Shown here: positions 1 through 18,000 of the stretch, in pieces
How the letters are laid out: each line of letters starts with the position of its first letter
How positions within the stretch are numbered: the first letter of the stretch is position 1
NCBI GenBank assembly: GCA_964035545.1
Contig: CAXIUT010000134.1
Span: forward strand, 242 to 64,241
Direction of reading: 5' to 3'
Origin: Bugula neritina
Lineage: Eukaryota > Animalia > Bryozoa
DNA length: 64,000 nucleotides
Program-made: the position numbers and the translations under genes
The notes under the pieces: generated by a model
Told to the model about the DNA's origin: nothing
Databases searched by the model: none
The model's input: only the letters and a program-made list of their open reading frames with translations

Positions 1-3000
1 GTATATAGTATCATAGTATTAGAATATATAGTATCATAGTATTAGAATACATAGTATCATAGTATTAGAATATATAGTATCATAGTATTAGAATATAGAG
101 TATCATAGTATTAGAATATATAGTATCATAGTATTAGAATATATAGTATCATAGTATTAGAATATATAGTATCATAGTATTAGAATATAGAGTATCATAG
201 TATTAGAGTATATAGTATCATAGTATTAGAATATATAGTATCATAGTATTAGAATATATAGTATCATAGTATTAGAGTATATAGTATCATAGTATTAGAA
301 TATAGAGTATCATAGTATTAGAATATATAGTATCATAGTATTAGAATATATAGTATCATAGTATTAGAATATATAGTATCATAGTATTAGAGTATATAGT
401 ATCATAGTATTAGAATATATAGTATCATAGTATTAGAATATATAGTATCATAGTATTAGAATATAGAGTATCATAGTATTAGAGTATATAGTATCATAGT
501 ATTAGAATATATAGTATCATAGTATTAGAATATATAGTATCATAGTATTAGAATATATAGTATCATAGTATTAGAGTATTTAGTATCATAGTATTAGAAT
601 ATATAGTATCATAGTATTAGAATATATAGTATCATAGTATTAGAGTATATAGTATCATAGTATTAGAGTATATAGTATCATAGTATTAGAGTATATAGTA
701 TCATAGTATTAGAATATAGAGTATCATAGTATTAGAATATAGAGTATCATAGTATTAGAGTATATAGTATCATAGTATTAGAATATATAGTATCATAGTA
801 TTAGAATATATAGTATCATAGTATTAGAATATATAGTATCATAGTATTAGAGTATATAGTATCATAATATTAGAATATAGAGTATCATAGTATTAGAGTA
901 TATAGTATCATAGTATTAGAGTATATAGTATCATAGTATTAGAATATATAGTACCATAGTATTAGAATATAGAGTATCATAGTATTAGAGTATATAGTAT
1001 CATAGTATTAGAGTATATAGTATCATAGTATTAGAATATATAGTATCATAGTATTAGAATATATAGTATCATAGTATAAGAATATAGAGTATCATAGTAT
1101 TAGAATATATAGTATCATAGTATTAGAGTATATAGTATCATAGTATTAGAGTATATAGTATCATAGTATTAGAGTATATAGTATCATAGTATTAGAATAT
1201 ATAGTATCATAGTATTAGAATATATAGTATCATAGTATTAGAATATAGAGTATCATAGTATTAGAATATATAGTATCATAGTATTAGAATATATAGTATC
1301 ATAGTATTAGAGTATATAGTATCATAGTATTAGAATATATAGTATCATAGTATTAGAATATAGAGTATCATAGTATTAGAATATATAGTATCAAAGTATT
1401 AGAGTATATAGTATCATAGTATTAGAATATATAGTATCATAGTATTAGAATATATAGTATCATAGTATTAGAATATATAGTATCATAGTATTAGAATATA
1501 TAGTATCATAGTATTAGAATATATAGTATCATAGTATTAGAGTATAGAGTATCATAGTATTAGAATATAGAGTATCATAGTATTAGAATATATAGTATCA
1601 TAGTATTAGAATATATAGTATCATAGTATTAGAGTATATAGTATCATAGTATTAGAATATAGAGTATCATAGTATTAGAGTATATAGTATCATAGTATTA
1701 GAATATAGAGTATCATAGTATTAGAATATATAGTATCATAGTATTAGAATATATAGAGTATCATAGTATTAGAATATATAGAGTATCATAGTATTAGAAT
1801 ATATAGTATCATAGTATTAGAATATATAGTATCATAGTATTAGAGTATATAGTATCATAGTATTAGAGTATATAGTATCATAGTATTAGAGTATATATTA
1901 TCATGGTATTAGAATATATAGTATCATAGTATTAGAGTATATAGTATCATAGTATTAGAGTATAGAGTATCATAGTATTAGAGTATAGAGTATCATAGTA
2001 TTAGAATATATAGTATCATAGTATTAGAGTATATAGTATCATAGTATTAGAGTATATAGTATCATAGTATTAGAATATATAGTATCATAGTATTAGAGTA
2101 TATAGTATCATAGTATTAGAGTATATAGTATCATAGTATTAGAATATATAGTATCATAGTATTAGAATATAGAGTATCATAGTATTAGAATATAGAGTAT
2201 CATAGTATTAGAATATATAGTATCATAGTATTAGAATATATAGTATCATAGTATTAGAGTATATAGTATCATAGTATTAGAATATATAGTATCAGAGTAT
2301 TAGAATATATAGTATCATAGTATTAGAATATATAGTATCATAGTATTAGAATATATAGTATCATACTATTAGAATATATAGTATCATAGTATTAGAGTAT
2401 ATAGTATCATAGTATTAGAATATATAGTATCATAGTATTAGAATATATAGTATCATAGTATTAGAATATATAGTATCATAGTATTAGAGTATATAGTATC
2501 ATAGTATTAGAATATATAGTATCATACTATTAGAATATATAGTATCATAGTATTAGAGTATATAGTATCATAGTATTAGAATATATAGTATCATAGTATT
2601 AGAATATATAGTATCATAGTATTAGAATATATAGTATCATAGTATTAGGATATATAGTATCATACTATTAGAATATATAGTATCATAGTATTAGAGTATA
2701 TAGTATCATAGTATTAGAATATATAGTATCATAGTATTAGAGTATATAGTATCATAGTATTAGAATATATAGTATCATAGTATTAGAATATATAGTATCA
2801 TAGTATTAGAGTATATAGTATCATAGTATTAGAATATATAGTATCATAGTATTAGAATATATAGTATCATAGTATTAGAATATATAGTATCATAGTATTA
2901 GAATATATAGTATCATGCTATTAGAATATATAGTATCATAGTATTAGAGTATATAGTATCATAGTATTAGAATATATAGTATCATAGTATTAGAGTATAT

Positions 3001-6000
3001 AGTATCATAGTATTAGAGTATATAGTATCATAGTATTAGAGTATATAGTATCATAGTATTAGAATATATAGTATCATAGTATTAGAGTATATAGTATCAT
3101 AGTATTAGAATATATAGTACCATAGTATTAGTATATATAGTATCATAGTATTAGAATATATAGTATCATAGTATTAGAATATATAGTATCATAGTATTAG
3201 AATATATAGTATCATACTATTAGAATATATAGTATCATAGTATTAGAGTATATAGTATCATAGTATTAGAATATATAGTATCATAGTATTAGAATATATA
3301 GTATCATAGTATTAGAGTATATAGTATCATAGTATTAGAATATATAGTATCAGAGTATTAGAATATATAGTATCATAGTATTAGAATATATAGTATCATA
3401 GTATTAGAGTATATAGTATCATAGTATTAGAATATATAGTATCATAGTATTAGAATATATAGTATCATAGTATTAGAATATATAGTATCATAGTATTAGA
3501 ATATATAGTATCATACTATTAGAATATATAGTATCATAGTATTAGAGTATATAGTATCATAGTATTAGAATATATAGTATCATAGTATTAGAGTATATAG
3601 TATCATAGTATTAGAGTATATAGTATCATAGTATTAGAGTATATAGTATCATAGTATTAGAATATATAGTATCATAGTATTAGAATATATAGAGTATCAT
3701 AGTATTAGAATATATAGTATCATAGTATTAGAATATATAGTATCATAGTATTAGAATATATAGTATCATAGTATTAGAATATATAGTATCATAGTATTAG
3801 AATATATAGTATCATAGTATTAGAATATATAGTATCATACTATTATAATATATAGTATCATAGTATTAGAGTATATAGTATCATAGTATTAGAATATATA
3901 GTATCATAGTATTAGAGTATATAGTATCATAGTATTAGAGTATATAGTATCATAGTATTAGAGTATATAGTATCATAGTATTAGAATATATAGTATCATA
4001 GTATTAGAGTATATAGTATCATAGTATTAGAATATATAGTACCATAGTATTAGTATATATAGTATCATAGTATTAGAATATATAGTATCATAGTATTAGA
4101 ATATATAGTATCATAGTATTAGAATATATAGTATCATAGTATTAGAGTATATAGTATCATAGTATTAGAATATATAGTATCATAGTATTAGAGTATATAG
4201 TATCATAGTATTAGAATATATAGTACCATAGTATTAGAATATATAGTATCATAGTATTAGAATATAGAGTATCATAGTATTAGAATATATAGTATCATAG
4301 TATTAGAATATATAGTATCATAGTATTAGAGTATATAGTATCATAGTATTAGAATATATAGTATCATAGTATTAGAATATATAGTATCATAGTATTAGAA
4401 TATAGAGTATCATAGTATTAGGGTATATAGTATCATAGTATTAGAGTATATAGTATCATAGTATTAGAATATATAGTATCATAGTATTAGAATATATAGT
4501 ATCATAGTATTAGAATATATAGTATCATAGTATTAGAGTATATAGTATCATAGTATTAGAATATATAGTATCATAGTATTAGAATATATAGTATCATAGT
4601 ATTAGAATATATAGTATCATAGTATTAGAATATATAGTATCATACTATTAGAATATATAGTATCATAGTATTAGAGTATATAGTATCATAGTATTAGAAT
4701 ATATAGTATCATAGTATTAGAATATATAGTATCATAGTATTAGAATATATAGTATCATAGTATTAGAATATATAGTATCATACTATTAGCATATATAGTA
4801 TCATAGTATTAGAGTATATAGTATCATAGTATTAGAATATATAGTATCATAGTATTAGAGTATATAGTATCATAGTATTAGAATATATAGTATCATAGTA
4901 TTAGAATATATAGTATCATAGTATTAGAATATATAGTATCATAGTATTAGAATATATAGTATCATACTATTAGAATATATAGTATCATAGTATTAGAGTA
5001 TATAGTATCATAGTATTAGAATATATAGTATCATAGTATTAGAATATATAGTATCATAGTATTAGAATATATAGTATCATAGTATTAGAATATATAGTAT
5101 CATACTATTAGAATATATAGTATCATAGTATTAGAGTATATAGTATCATAGTATTAGAATATATAGTATCATAGTATTAGAATATATAGTATCATAGTAT
5201 TAGAGTATATAGTATCATAGTATTAGAATATATAGTATCATAGTATTAGAATATATAGTATCATAGTATTAGAATATATAGTATCATAGTATTAGAATAT
5301 ATAGTATCATAGTATTAGAATATATAGTATCATAGTATTAGAATATATAGTATCATAGTATTAGAATATATAGTATCATACTATTAGAATATATAGTATC
5401 ATAGTATTAGAGTATATAGTATCATAGTATTAGAATATATAGTATCATAGTATTAGAATATATAGTATCATAGTATTAGAGTATATAGTATCATAGTATT
5501 AGAATATATAGTATCATAGTATTAGAATATATAGTATCATAGTATTAGAATATATAGTATCATAGTATTAGAATATATAGTATCATACTATTAGAATATA
5601 TAGTATCATAGTATTAGAGTATATAGTATCATAGTATTAGAATATATAGTATCATAGTATTAGAATATATAGTATCATAGTATTAGAGTATATAGTATCA
5701 TAGTATTAGAATATATAGTATCATAGTATTAGAATATATAGTATCATAGTATTAGAGTATATAGTATCATAGTATTAGAATATATAGTATCATAGTATTA
5801 GAATATATAGTATCATACTATTAGAATATATAGTATCATAGTATTAGAGTATATAGTATCATAGTATTAGAATATATAGTATCATAGTATTAGAATATAT
5901 AGTATCATAGTATTAGAATATATAGTATCATAGTATTAGAATATATAGTATCATACTATTAGAATATATAGTATCATAGTATTAGAGTATATAGTATCAT

Positions 6001-9000
6001 AGTATTAGAATATATAGTATCATAGTATTAGAATATATAGTATCATAGTATTAGAGTATATAGTATCATAGTATTAGAATATATAGTATCATAGTATTAG
6101 AATATATAGTATCATAGTATTAGAATATATAGTATCATAGTATTAGAGTATATAGTATCATAGTATTAGAATATATAGTATCATAGTATTAGAATATATA
6201 GTATCATAGTATTAGAATATATAGTATCATAGTATTAGAATATATAGTATCATAGTATTAGAATATATAGTATCATAGTATTAGAATATAGAGTATCATA
6301 GTATTAGAGTATATAGAGTATCATAGTATTAGAATATATAGTATCATAGTATTAGAATATATAGTATCATAGTATTAGAGTATATAGTATCATAGTATTA
6401 GAATATATAGTATCATAGTATTAGAATATATAGTATCATAGTATTAGAATATATAGTATCATAGTATTAGAGTATATAGTATCATAGTAATAGAATATAT
6501 AGTATCATAGTATTAGAGTATATAGTATCATAGTATTAGAGTATATAGTATCATAGTATTAGAGTATAGAGTATCATAGTATTAGAATATATAGTATCAT
6601 AGTATTAGAATATATAGTATCATAGTATTAGAATATAGAGTATCATAGTATTAGAATATATAGTATCATAGTATTAGAATATAGAGTATCATAGTATTAG
6701 AATATATAGTATCATAGTATTAGAATATATAGTATCATAGTATTAGAGTATATAGTATCATAGTATTAGAGTATATAGTATCATAGTATTAGAGTATATA
6801 GTATCATAGTATTAGAATATAGAGTATCATAGTATTAGAGTATATAGTACCATAGTATTAGAATATATAGTATCATAGTATTAGAATATATAGTATCATA
6901 GTATTAGAGTATATAGTATCATAGTATTAGAATATATAGTATCACAGTATTAGAATATATAGTATCATAGTATTAGAATATATAGTATCATAGTATTAGA
7001 ATATATAGAGTATCATAGTATTAGAATATATAGAGTATCATAGTATTAGAATATATAGTATCATAGTATTAGAGTATATAGTATCATAGTATTAGAGTAT
7101 ATAGTATCATAGTATTAGAATATAGAGTATCATAGTATTAGAATATATAGTATCATAGTATTAGAATATATAGTATCATAGTGTTAGAGTATATAGTATC
7201 ATAGTATTAGAATATATAGTATCATAGTATTAGAATATATAGTATCATAGTATTAGAATATATAGTATCATAGTATTAGAATATATAGTATCATACTATT
7301 AGAATATATAGTATCATAGTATTAGAGTATATAGTATCATAGTATTAGAATATATAGTATCATAGTATTAGAATATATAGTATCATAGTATTAGAGTATA
7401 TAGTATCATAGTATTAGAATATATAGTATCATAGTATTAGAATATTTAGTATCATAGTATTAGAATATATAGTATCATAGTATTAGAGTATATAGTATCA
7501 TAGTATTAGAATATATAGTATCATAGTATTAGAATATATAGTATCATAGTATTAGAATATATAGTATCATAGTATTAGAATATATAGTATCATACTATTA
7601 GAATATATAGTATCATAGTATTAGAGTATATAGTATCATAGTATTAGAATATATAGTATCATAGTATTAGAGTATATAGTATCATAGTATTAGAGTATAT
7701 AGTATCATAGTATTAGAGTATATAGTATCATAGTATTAGAATATATAGTATCATAGTATTAGAGTATATAGTATCATAGTATTAGAATATATAGTACCAT
7801 AGTATTAGTATATATAGTATCATAGTATTAGAATATATAGTATCATAGTATTAGAATATATAGTATCATAGTATTAGAATATATAGTATCATACTATTAG
7901 AATATATAGTATCATAGTATTAGAGTATATAGTATCATAGTATTAGAATATATAGTATCATAGTATTAGAATATATAGTATCATAGTATTAGAGTATATA
8001 GTATCATAGTATTAGAATATATAGTATCATAGTATTAGAATATATAGTATCATAGTATTAGAATATATAGTATCATAGTATTAGAGTATATAGTATCATA
8101 GTATTAGAATATATAGTATCATAGTATTAGAATATATAGTATCATAGTATTAGAATATATAGTATCATAGTATTAGAATATATAGTATCATACTATTAGA
8201 ATATATAGTATCATAGTATTAGAGTATATAGTATCATAGTATTAGAATATATAGTATCATAGTAATAGAGTATATAGTATCATAGTATTAGAGTATATAG
8301 TATCATAGTATTAGAGTATATAGTATCATAGTATTAGAATATATAGTATCATAGTATTAGAATATATAGAGTATCATAGTATTAGAATATATAGTATCAT
8401 AGTATTAGAATATATAGTATCATAGTATTAGAATATATAGTATCATAGTATTAGAATATATAGTATCATAGTATTAGAATATATAGTATCATAGTATTAG
8501 AATATATAGTATCATACTATTATAATATATAGTATCATAGTATTAGAGTATATAGTATCATAGTATTAGAATATATAGTATCATAGTATTAGAGTATATA
8601 GTATCATAGTATTAGAGTATATAGTATCATAGTATTAGAGTATATAGTATCATAGTATTAGAATATATAGTATCATAGTATTAGAGTATATAGTATCATA
8701 GTATTAGAATATATAGTACCATAGTATTAGTATATATAGTATCATAGTATTAGAATATATAGTATCATAGTATTAGAATATATAGTATCATAGTATTAGA
8801 ATATATAGTATCATAGTATTAGAATATATAGTATCATAGTATTAGAGTATATAGTATCATAGTATTAGAATATATAGTATCATAGTATTAGAATATATAG
8901 TATCATAGTATTAGAATATATAGTATCATAGTATTAGAATATATAGTATCATACTATTAGAATATATAGTATCATAGTATTAGAGTATATAGTATCATAG

Positions 9001-12000
9001 TATTAGAATATATAGTATCATAGTATTAGAGTATATAGTATCATAGTATTAGAGTATATAGTATCATAGTATTAGAGTATATAGTATCATAGTATTAGAA
9101 TATATAGTATCATAGTATTAGAATATATAGAGTATCATAGTATTAGAATATATAGTATCATAGTATTAGAATATATAGTATCATAGTATTAGAATATATA
9201 GTATCATAGTATTAGAATATATAGTATCATAGTATTAGAATATATAGTATCATAGTATTAGAATATATAGTATCATACTATTAGAATATATAGTATCATA
9301 GTATTAGAGTATATAGTATCATAGTATTAGAATATATAGTATCATAGTATTAGAGTATATAGTATCATAGTATTAGAGTATATAGTATCATAGTATTAGA
9401 GTATATAGTATCATAGTATTAGAATATATAGTATCATAGTATTAGAGTATATAGTATCATAGTATTAGAATATATAGTACCATAGTATTAGTATATATAG
9501 TATCATAGTATTAGAATATATAGTATCATAGTATTAGAATATATAGTATCATAGTATTAGAATATATAGAGTATCATAGTATTAGAATATAGAGTATCAT
9601 AGTATTAGAATATATAGTATCATAGTATTAGAATATATAGAGTATCATAGTATTAGAATATATAGAGTATCATAGTATTAGAATATATAGTATCATAGTA
9701 TTAGAATATATAGTATCATAGTATTAGAGTATATAGTATCATAGTATTAGAGTATATAGTATCATAGTATTAGAGTATATATTATCATGGTATTAGAGTA
9801 TATAGTATCATAGTATTAGAGTATATAGTATCATAGTATTAGAGTATAGAGTATCATAGTATTAGAGTATAGAGTATCATAGTATTAGAATATATAGTAT
9901 CATAGTATTAGAGTATATAGTATAATAGTATTAGAGTATATAGTATCATAGTATTAGAATATATAGTATCATAGTATTAGAATATATAGTATCATAGTAT
10001 TAGAATATATGGTATCATAGTATTACAATATATAGTATCAAAGTATTCGAATATATAGTATCATAGTATTAGAGTATATAGTATCATAGTATTAGAATAT
10101 ATAGTATCATAGTATTAGAATATATAGTATCATAGTATTAGAATATATAGTATCATAGTATTAGAGTATATAGTATCATAGTATTAGAGTATATAGTATC
10201 ATAGTATTAGAATATATAGTATCATAGTATTAGAGTATATAGTATCATAGTATTAGAATATATAGTATCATAGTATTAGAATATAGAGTATCATAGTATT
10301 AGAATATATAGTATCATAGTACTAGAATATAGAGTATCATAGTATTAGAATATATAGTATCATAGTATTAGAGTATATAGTATCATAGTATTAGAATATA
10401 TAGTATCATAGTATTAGAGTATATAGTATCATAGTAATAGAGTATATAGTATCATAGTATTAGAATATATAGTATCATAGTATTAGAGTATATAGTATCA
10501 TAGTATTAGAATATAGAGTATCATAGTATTAGAGTATATAGTATCATAGCATTAGAGTATATAGGGTCATAGTATTAGAGTATAGAGTATCATAGTATTA
10601 GAGTATATAGTATCATAGTATTAGAATATATAGTATCATAGTATTAGAATATATAGTATCATAGTATTAGAATATATAGTATCATAGTATTAGAATATAT
10701 AGTATCATAGTATTAGAATATATAGTATCATAGTATTAGAATATAGAGTATCATAGTATTAGAGTATATAGTATCATAGTATTAGAATATATAGTATCAT
10801 AGTATTAGAATATATAGTATCATAGTATTAGAGTATATAGTATCATAGTATTAGAATATATAGTATCATAGTATTAGAATATATAGTATCATAGTATTAG
10901 AGTATATAGTATCATAGTATTAGAGTATATAGTATCATAGTATTAGAATATATAGTATCATAGTATTAGAGTATATAGTATCATAGTATTAGAGTATATA
11001 GTATCATAGTATTAGAGTATAGAGTTTCATAGTATTAGAATATATAGTATCATAGTATTAGAATATATAGTATCATAGTATTAGAGTATATAGTATCATA
11101 GTATTAGAATATAGAGTATCATAGTATTAGAATATATAGTATCATAGTATTAGAATATATAGTATCATAATATTAGAATATATAGTATCATAGTATTAGA
11201 ATATAGAGTATCATAGTATTAGAATAATTATATAGTATCATAGTATTAGAGTATATAGTATCATAGTATTAGAATATATAGTATCATAGTATTAGGGTAT
11301 ATAGTATCATAGTATTAGAATATATAGTATCATAGTATTAGAATATATAGTATCATAGTATTAGAGTATATAGTATCATAGTATTAGAATATATAGTATC
11401 ATAGTATTAGAATATAGAGTATCATAGTATTAGAATAATTATATAGTATCATAGTATTAGAATATATAGTATCATAGTATTAGAATATAGAGTATCATAG
11501 TATTAGAATATATAGTATCATAGTATTAGAATATATAGTATCATAGTATTAGAATATATAGTATCATAGTATTAGTATATATAGTATCATAGTATTAGAA
11601 TATATAGTATCATAGTATTAGAATATATAGTATCATAGTATTAGAGTATAGAGTATCATAGTATCAGAATATATAGTATCTTAGTATTAGAGTATATAGT
11701 ATCATAGTATTAGAGTATATAGCACCATAGTATTAGAATATATAGTATCATAGTATTAGAATATAGAGTATCATAGTATTAGAATATATAGTATTATAGT
11801 ATTAGAGTATATAGTATCATAGTATTAGAATATATAGTATCATAGTATTAGAATATATAGTATCATAGTATTAGAATATATAGTATCATAGTATTAGAGT
11901 ATAGAGTATCATAGTATCAGAATATATAGTATCTTAGTATCAGAGTATATAGTATCATAGTATTAGAGTATATAGTACCATAGTATTAGAATATATAGTA

Positions 12001-15000
12001 TCATAGTATTAGAATATAGAGTATCATAGTATTAGAATATATAGTATTATAGTATTAGAGTATATAGTATCATAGTATTAGAATATATAGTATCATAGTA
12101 TTAGAATATATAGTATCATAGTATTAGAATGTAGAGTATCATAGTATTAGAGTATAGAGTATCATAGTATTAGAATAATTATATAGTATCATAGTATTAG
12201 AATATATAGTATCATAGTATTAGTATATATAGTATCATAGTATTAGAATATATAGTATCATAGTATTAGACTATATAGTATCATAGTATTAGAGTATAGA
12301 GTATCATAGTATCAGAATATATAGTATCTTAGTATTAGAGTATATAGTATCATAGTATTAGAGTATATAGTATTATAGTATTAGAATATATAGTACCATA
12401 GTATTAGAATATATAGTATCATAGTATTAGAATATAGAGTATCATAGTATTAGAATATATAGTATCATAGTATTAGAATATAGAGTATCATAGTATTAGA
12501 ATATAGAGTATCATAGTATTAGAATAATTATATAGTATCATAGTATTAGAGTATATAGTATCATAGTATTAGAATATATAGTATCATAGTATTAGAGTAT
12601 ATAGTATCATAGTATTAGAATATATAGTACCATAGTATTAGAATATATAGTATCATAGTATTAGAGTGTATAGTATCATAGTATTAGAATATATAGTATC
12701 ATAGTATTAGAGTATATAGTATCATAGTATTAGAGTATATAGTATCATAGTATTAGAATATATAGTATCATAGTATTACAATATAGAGTATCATAGTATT
12801 AGAATATATAGTATCATAGTATTAGAATATATAGTATCATAGTATTAAAATATATAGTATCATAGTATTAGAGTATATAGTATCATAGTATTAGAATATA
12901 TAGTATCATAGTATTAGAATATATAGTATCATAGTATTAGAATATATAGTATCATAGTATTAGAATATATAGTATCATACTATTAGAATATATAGTATCA
13001 TAGTATTAGAGTATATAGTATTATAGTATTAGAATATATAGTATCATAGTATTAGAATATATAGTATCATAGTATTAGAATATATAGTATCATAGTATTA
13101 GAATATATAGTATCATACTATTAGAATATATAGTATCATAGTATTGGAGTATATAGTATCATAGTATTAGAATATATAGTATCATAGTATTAGAATATAT
13201 AGTATCATAGTATTAGTATATATAGTATCATACTATTAGAATATATAGTATCATAGTATTAGAGTATATAGTATCATAGTATTAGAATATATAGTATCAT
13301 AGTATTAAAATATATAGTATCATAGTATTAGAATATATAGTATCATAGTATTAGAATATATAGTATCATACTATTAGAATATATAGTATCGTAGTATTAG
13401 AGTATATAGTATCATAGTATTAGAATATATAGTATCATAGTATTAGAATATATAGTATCATAGTATTAGTATATATAGTATCATAGTATTAGAATATAGA
13501 GTATCATAGTATTAGAATATATAGTATCATAGTATTAGAATATATAGTATCATAGTATTAGAATATATAGTATCATAGTATTAGAATATATAGTATCATA
13601 CTATTAGAATATATAGTATCATAGTATTAGAGTATATAGTATCATAGTATTAGAATATATAGTATCATAGTATTAGAATATATAGTATCATAGTATTAGA
13701 ATATATAGTATCATAGTATTAGAGTATATAGTATCATAGTATTAGAATATATAGTATCATAGTATTAGAATATATAGTATCATTGTATTAGAATATATAG
13801 TATCATAGTATTAGAATATATAGTATCATACTATTAGAATATATAGTATCATAGTATTAGAGTATATAGTATCATAGTATTAGAATATATAGTATCATAG
13901 TATTAGAATATATAGTATCATAGTATTAGAATATATAGTATCATAGTATTAGGATATATAGTATCATACTATTAGAATATATAGTATCATAGTATTAGAG
14001 TATATAGTATCATAGTATTAGAATATATAGTATCATAGTATTAGAGTATATAGTATCATAGTATTAGAATATATAGTATCATAGTATTAGAATATATAGT
14101 ATCATAGTATTAGAGTATATAGTATCATAGTATTAGAATATATAGTACCATAGTATTAGAATATATAGTATCATAGTATTAGAATATATAGTATCATAGT
14201 ATTAGAATATATAGTATCATAGTATTAGAGTATATAGTATCATAGTATTAGAATATATAGTATCATAGTATTAGAATATATAGTATCATAGTATTAGAAT
14301 ATATAGTATCATAGTATTAGAATATATAGTATCATAGTATTAGAATATAGAGTATCATAGTATTAGAGTATATAGTATCATAGTATTAGAGTATATAGTA
14401 TCATAGTATTAGAATATATAGTATCATAGTATTAGAATATATAGTATCATAGTATTAGAATATATAGTATCATAGTATTAGAGTATATAGTATCATAGTA
14501 TTAGAGTATATAGTATCATAGTAATAGAGTATATAGTATCATAGTATTAGAATATATAGTATCATAGTATTAGAGTATATAGTATCATAGTATTAGAATA
14601 TAGAGTATCATAGTATTAGAGTATATAGTATCATAGCATTAGAGTATATAGGGTCATAGTATTAGGGTATAGAGTATCATAGTATTAGAGTATATAGTAT
14701 CATAGTATTAGAATATATAGTATCATAGTATTAGAATATATAGTATCATAGTATTAGAATATATAGTATCATAGTATTAGAATATATAGTATCATAGTAT
14801 TAGAATATATAGTATCATAGTATTAGAATATAGAGTATCATAGTATTAGAGTATATAGTATCATAGTATTAGAATATATAGTATCATAGTATTAGAATAT
14901 ATAGTATCATAGTATTAGAGTATATAGTATCATAGTATTAGAATATATAGTATCATAGTATTAGAATATATAGTATCATAGTATTAGAGTATATAGTATC

Positions 15001-18000
15001 ATAGTATTAGAGTATATAGTATCATAGTATTAGAATATATAGTATCATAGTATTAGAGTATATAGTATCATAGTATTAGAGTATATAGTATCATAGTATT
15101 AGAGTATAGAGTTTCATAGTATCAGAATATATAGTATCATAGTATTAGAATATATAGTATCATAGTATTAGAGTATATAGTATCATAGTATTAGAATATA
15201 GAGTATCATAGTATTAGAATATATAGTATCATAGTATTAGAATATATAGTATCATAATATTAGAATATATAGTATCATAGTATTAGAATATAGAGTATCA
15301 TAGTATTAGAATAATTATATAGTATCATAGTATTAGAGTATATAGTATCATAGTATTAGAATATATAGTATCATAGTATTAGGGTATATAGTATCATAGT
15401 ATTAGAATATATAGTATCATAGTATTAGAATATATAGTATCATAGTATTAGAGTATATAGTATCATAGTATTAGAATATATAGTATCATAGTATTAGAAT
15501 ATAGAGTATCATAGTATTAGAATAATTATATAGTATCATAGTATTAGAATATATAGTATCAAAGTATTAGAATATAGAGTATCATAGTATTAGAATATAT
15601 AGTATCATAGTATTAGAATATATAGTATCATAGTATTAGAATATATAGTATCATAGTATTAGTATATATAGTATCATAGTATTAGAATATATAGTATCAT
15701 AGTATTAGAATATATAGTATCATAGTATTAGAGTATAGAGTATCATAGTATCAGAATATATAGTATCTTAGTATTAGAGTATATAGTATCATAGTATTAG
15801 AGTATATAGCACCATAGTATTAGAATATATAGTATCATAGTATTAGAATATAGAGTATCATAGTATTAGAATATATAGTATCATAGTATTAGAATATATA
15901 GTATCATAGTATTAGAGTATAGAGTATCATAGTATCAGAATATATAGTATCTTAGTATTAGAGTATATAGTATCATAGTATTAGAGTATATAGCACCATA
16001 GTATTAGAATATATAGTATCATAGTATTAGAATATAGAGTATCATAGTATTAGAATATATAGTATTATAGTATTAGAGTATAGAGTATCATAGTATTAGA
16101 GTATATAGTATCATAGTATTAGAGTATATAGTATCATAGTATTAGAGTATAGAGTTTCATAGTATCAGAATATATAGTATCATAGTATTAGAATATATAG
16201 TATCATAGTATTAGAGTATATAGTATCATAGTATTAGAATATAGAGTATCATAGTATTAGAATATATAGTATCATAGTATTAGAATATATAGTATCATAA
16301 TATTAGAATATATAGTATCATAGTATTAGAATATAGAGTATCATAGTATTAGAATAATTATATAGTATCATAGTATTAGAGTATATAGTATCATAGTATT
16401 AGAGTATATAGTATCATAGTATTAGAGTATATAGTATCATAGTATTAGAGTATATAGTATCATAGTATTAGAATATATAGTATCATAGTATTAGAATATA
16501 TAGTATCATAGTATTAGAATATATAGTATCATAGTATTAGAATATATAGTATCATAGTATTAGAATACATAGTATCATAGTATTAGAGTATAGAGTATCA
16601 TAGTATCAGAATATATAGTATCTTAGTATTAGAGTATATAGTATCATAGTATTAGAGTATATAGTACCATAGTATTAGAATATATAGTATCATAGTATTA
16701 GAATATAGAGTATCATAGTATTAGAATATATAGTATTATAGTATTAGAGTATATAGTATCATAGTATTAGAATATATAGTATCATAGTATTAGAATATAT
16801 AGTATCATAGTATTAGAATATAGAGTATCATAGTATTAGAGTATAGAGTATCATAGTATTAGAATAATTATATAGTATCATAGTATTAGAATATATAGTA
16901 TCATAGTATTAGTATATATAGTATCATAGTATTAGAATATATAGTATCATAGTATTAGAATATATAGTATCATAGTATTAGAGTATAGAGTATCATAGTA
17001 TCAGAATATATAGTATCTTAGTATTAGAGTATATAGTATCATAGTATTAGAGTATATAGTATTATAGTATTAGAATATATAGTACCATAGTATTAGAATA
17101 TATAGTATCATAGTATTAGAATATAGAGTATCATAGTATTAGAATATATAGTATCATAGTATTAGAATATAGAGTATCATAGTATTAGAATATAGAGTAT
17201 CATAGTATTAGAATAATTATATAGTATCATAGTATTAGAGTATATAGTATCATAGTATTAGAATATATAGTATCATAGTATTAGAGTATATAGTATCATA
17301 GTATTAGAATATATAGTACCATAGTATTAGAATATATAGTGTCATAGTATTAGAGTATATAGTATCATAGTATTAGAATATATAGTATCATAGTATTAGA
17401 GTATATAGTATCATAGTATTAGAGTATATAGTATCATAGTATTAGAATATATAGTATCATAGTATTACAATATAGAGTATCATAGTATTAGAATATATAG
17501 TATCATAGTATTAGAATATATAGTATCATAGTATTAGAATATATAGTATCATAGTATTAGAGTATATAGTATCATAGTATTAGAATATATAGTATCATAG
17601 TATTAGAATATATAGTATCATAGTATTAGAATATATAGTATCATAGTATTAGAATATATAGTATCATACTATTAGAATATATAGTATCATAGTATTAGAG
17701 TATATAGTATCATAGTATTAGAATATATAGTATCATAGTATTAGAATATATAGTATCATAGTATTAGAATATATAGTATCATAGTATTAGAATATATAGT
17801 ATCATACTATTAGAATATATAGTATCATAGTATTAGAGTATATAGTATCATAGTATTAGAATATATAGTATCATAGTATTAGAATATATAGTATCATAGT
17901 ATTAGTATATGTAGTATCATACTATTAGAATATATAGTATCATAGTATTAGAGTATATAGTATCATAGTATTAGAATATATAGTATCATAGTATTAAAAT

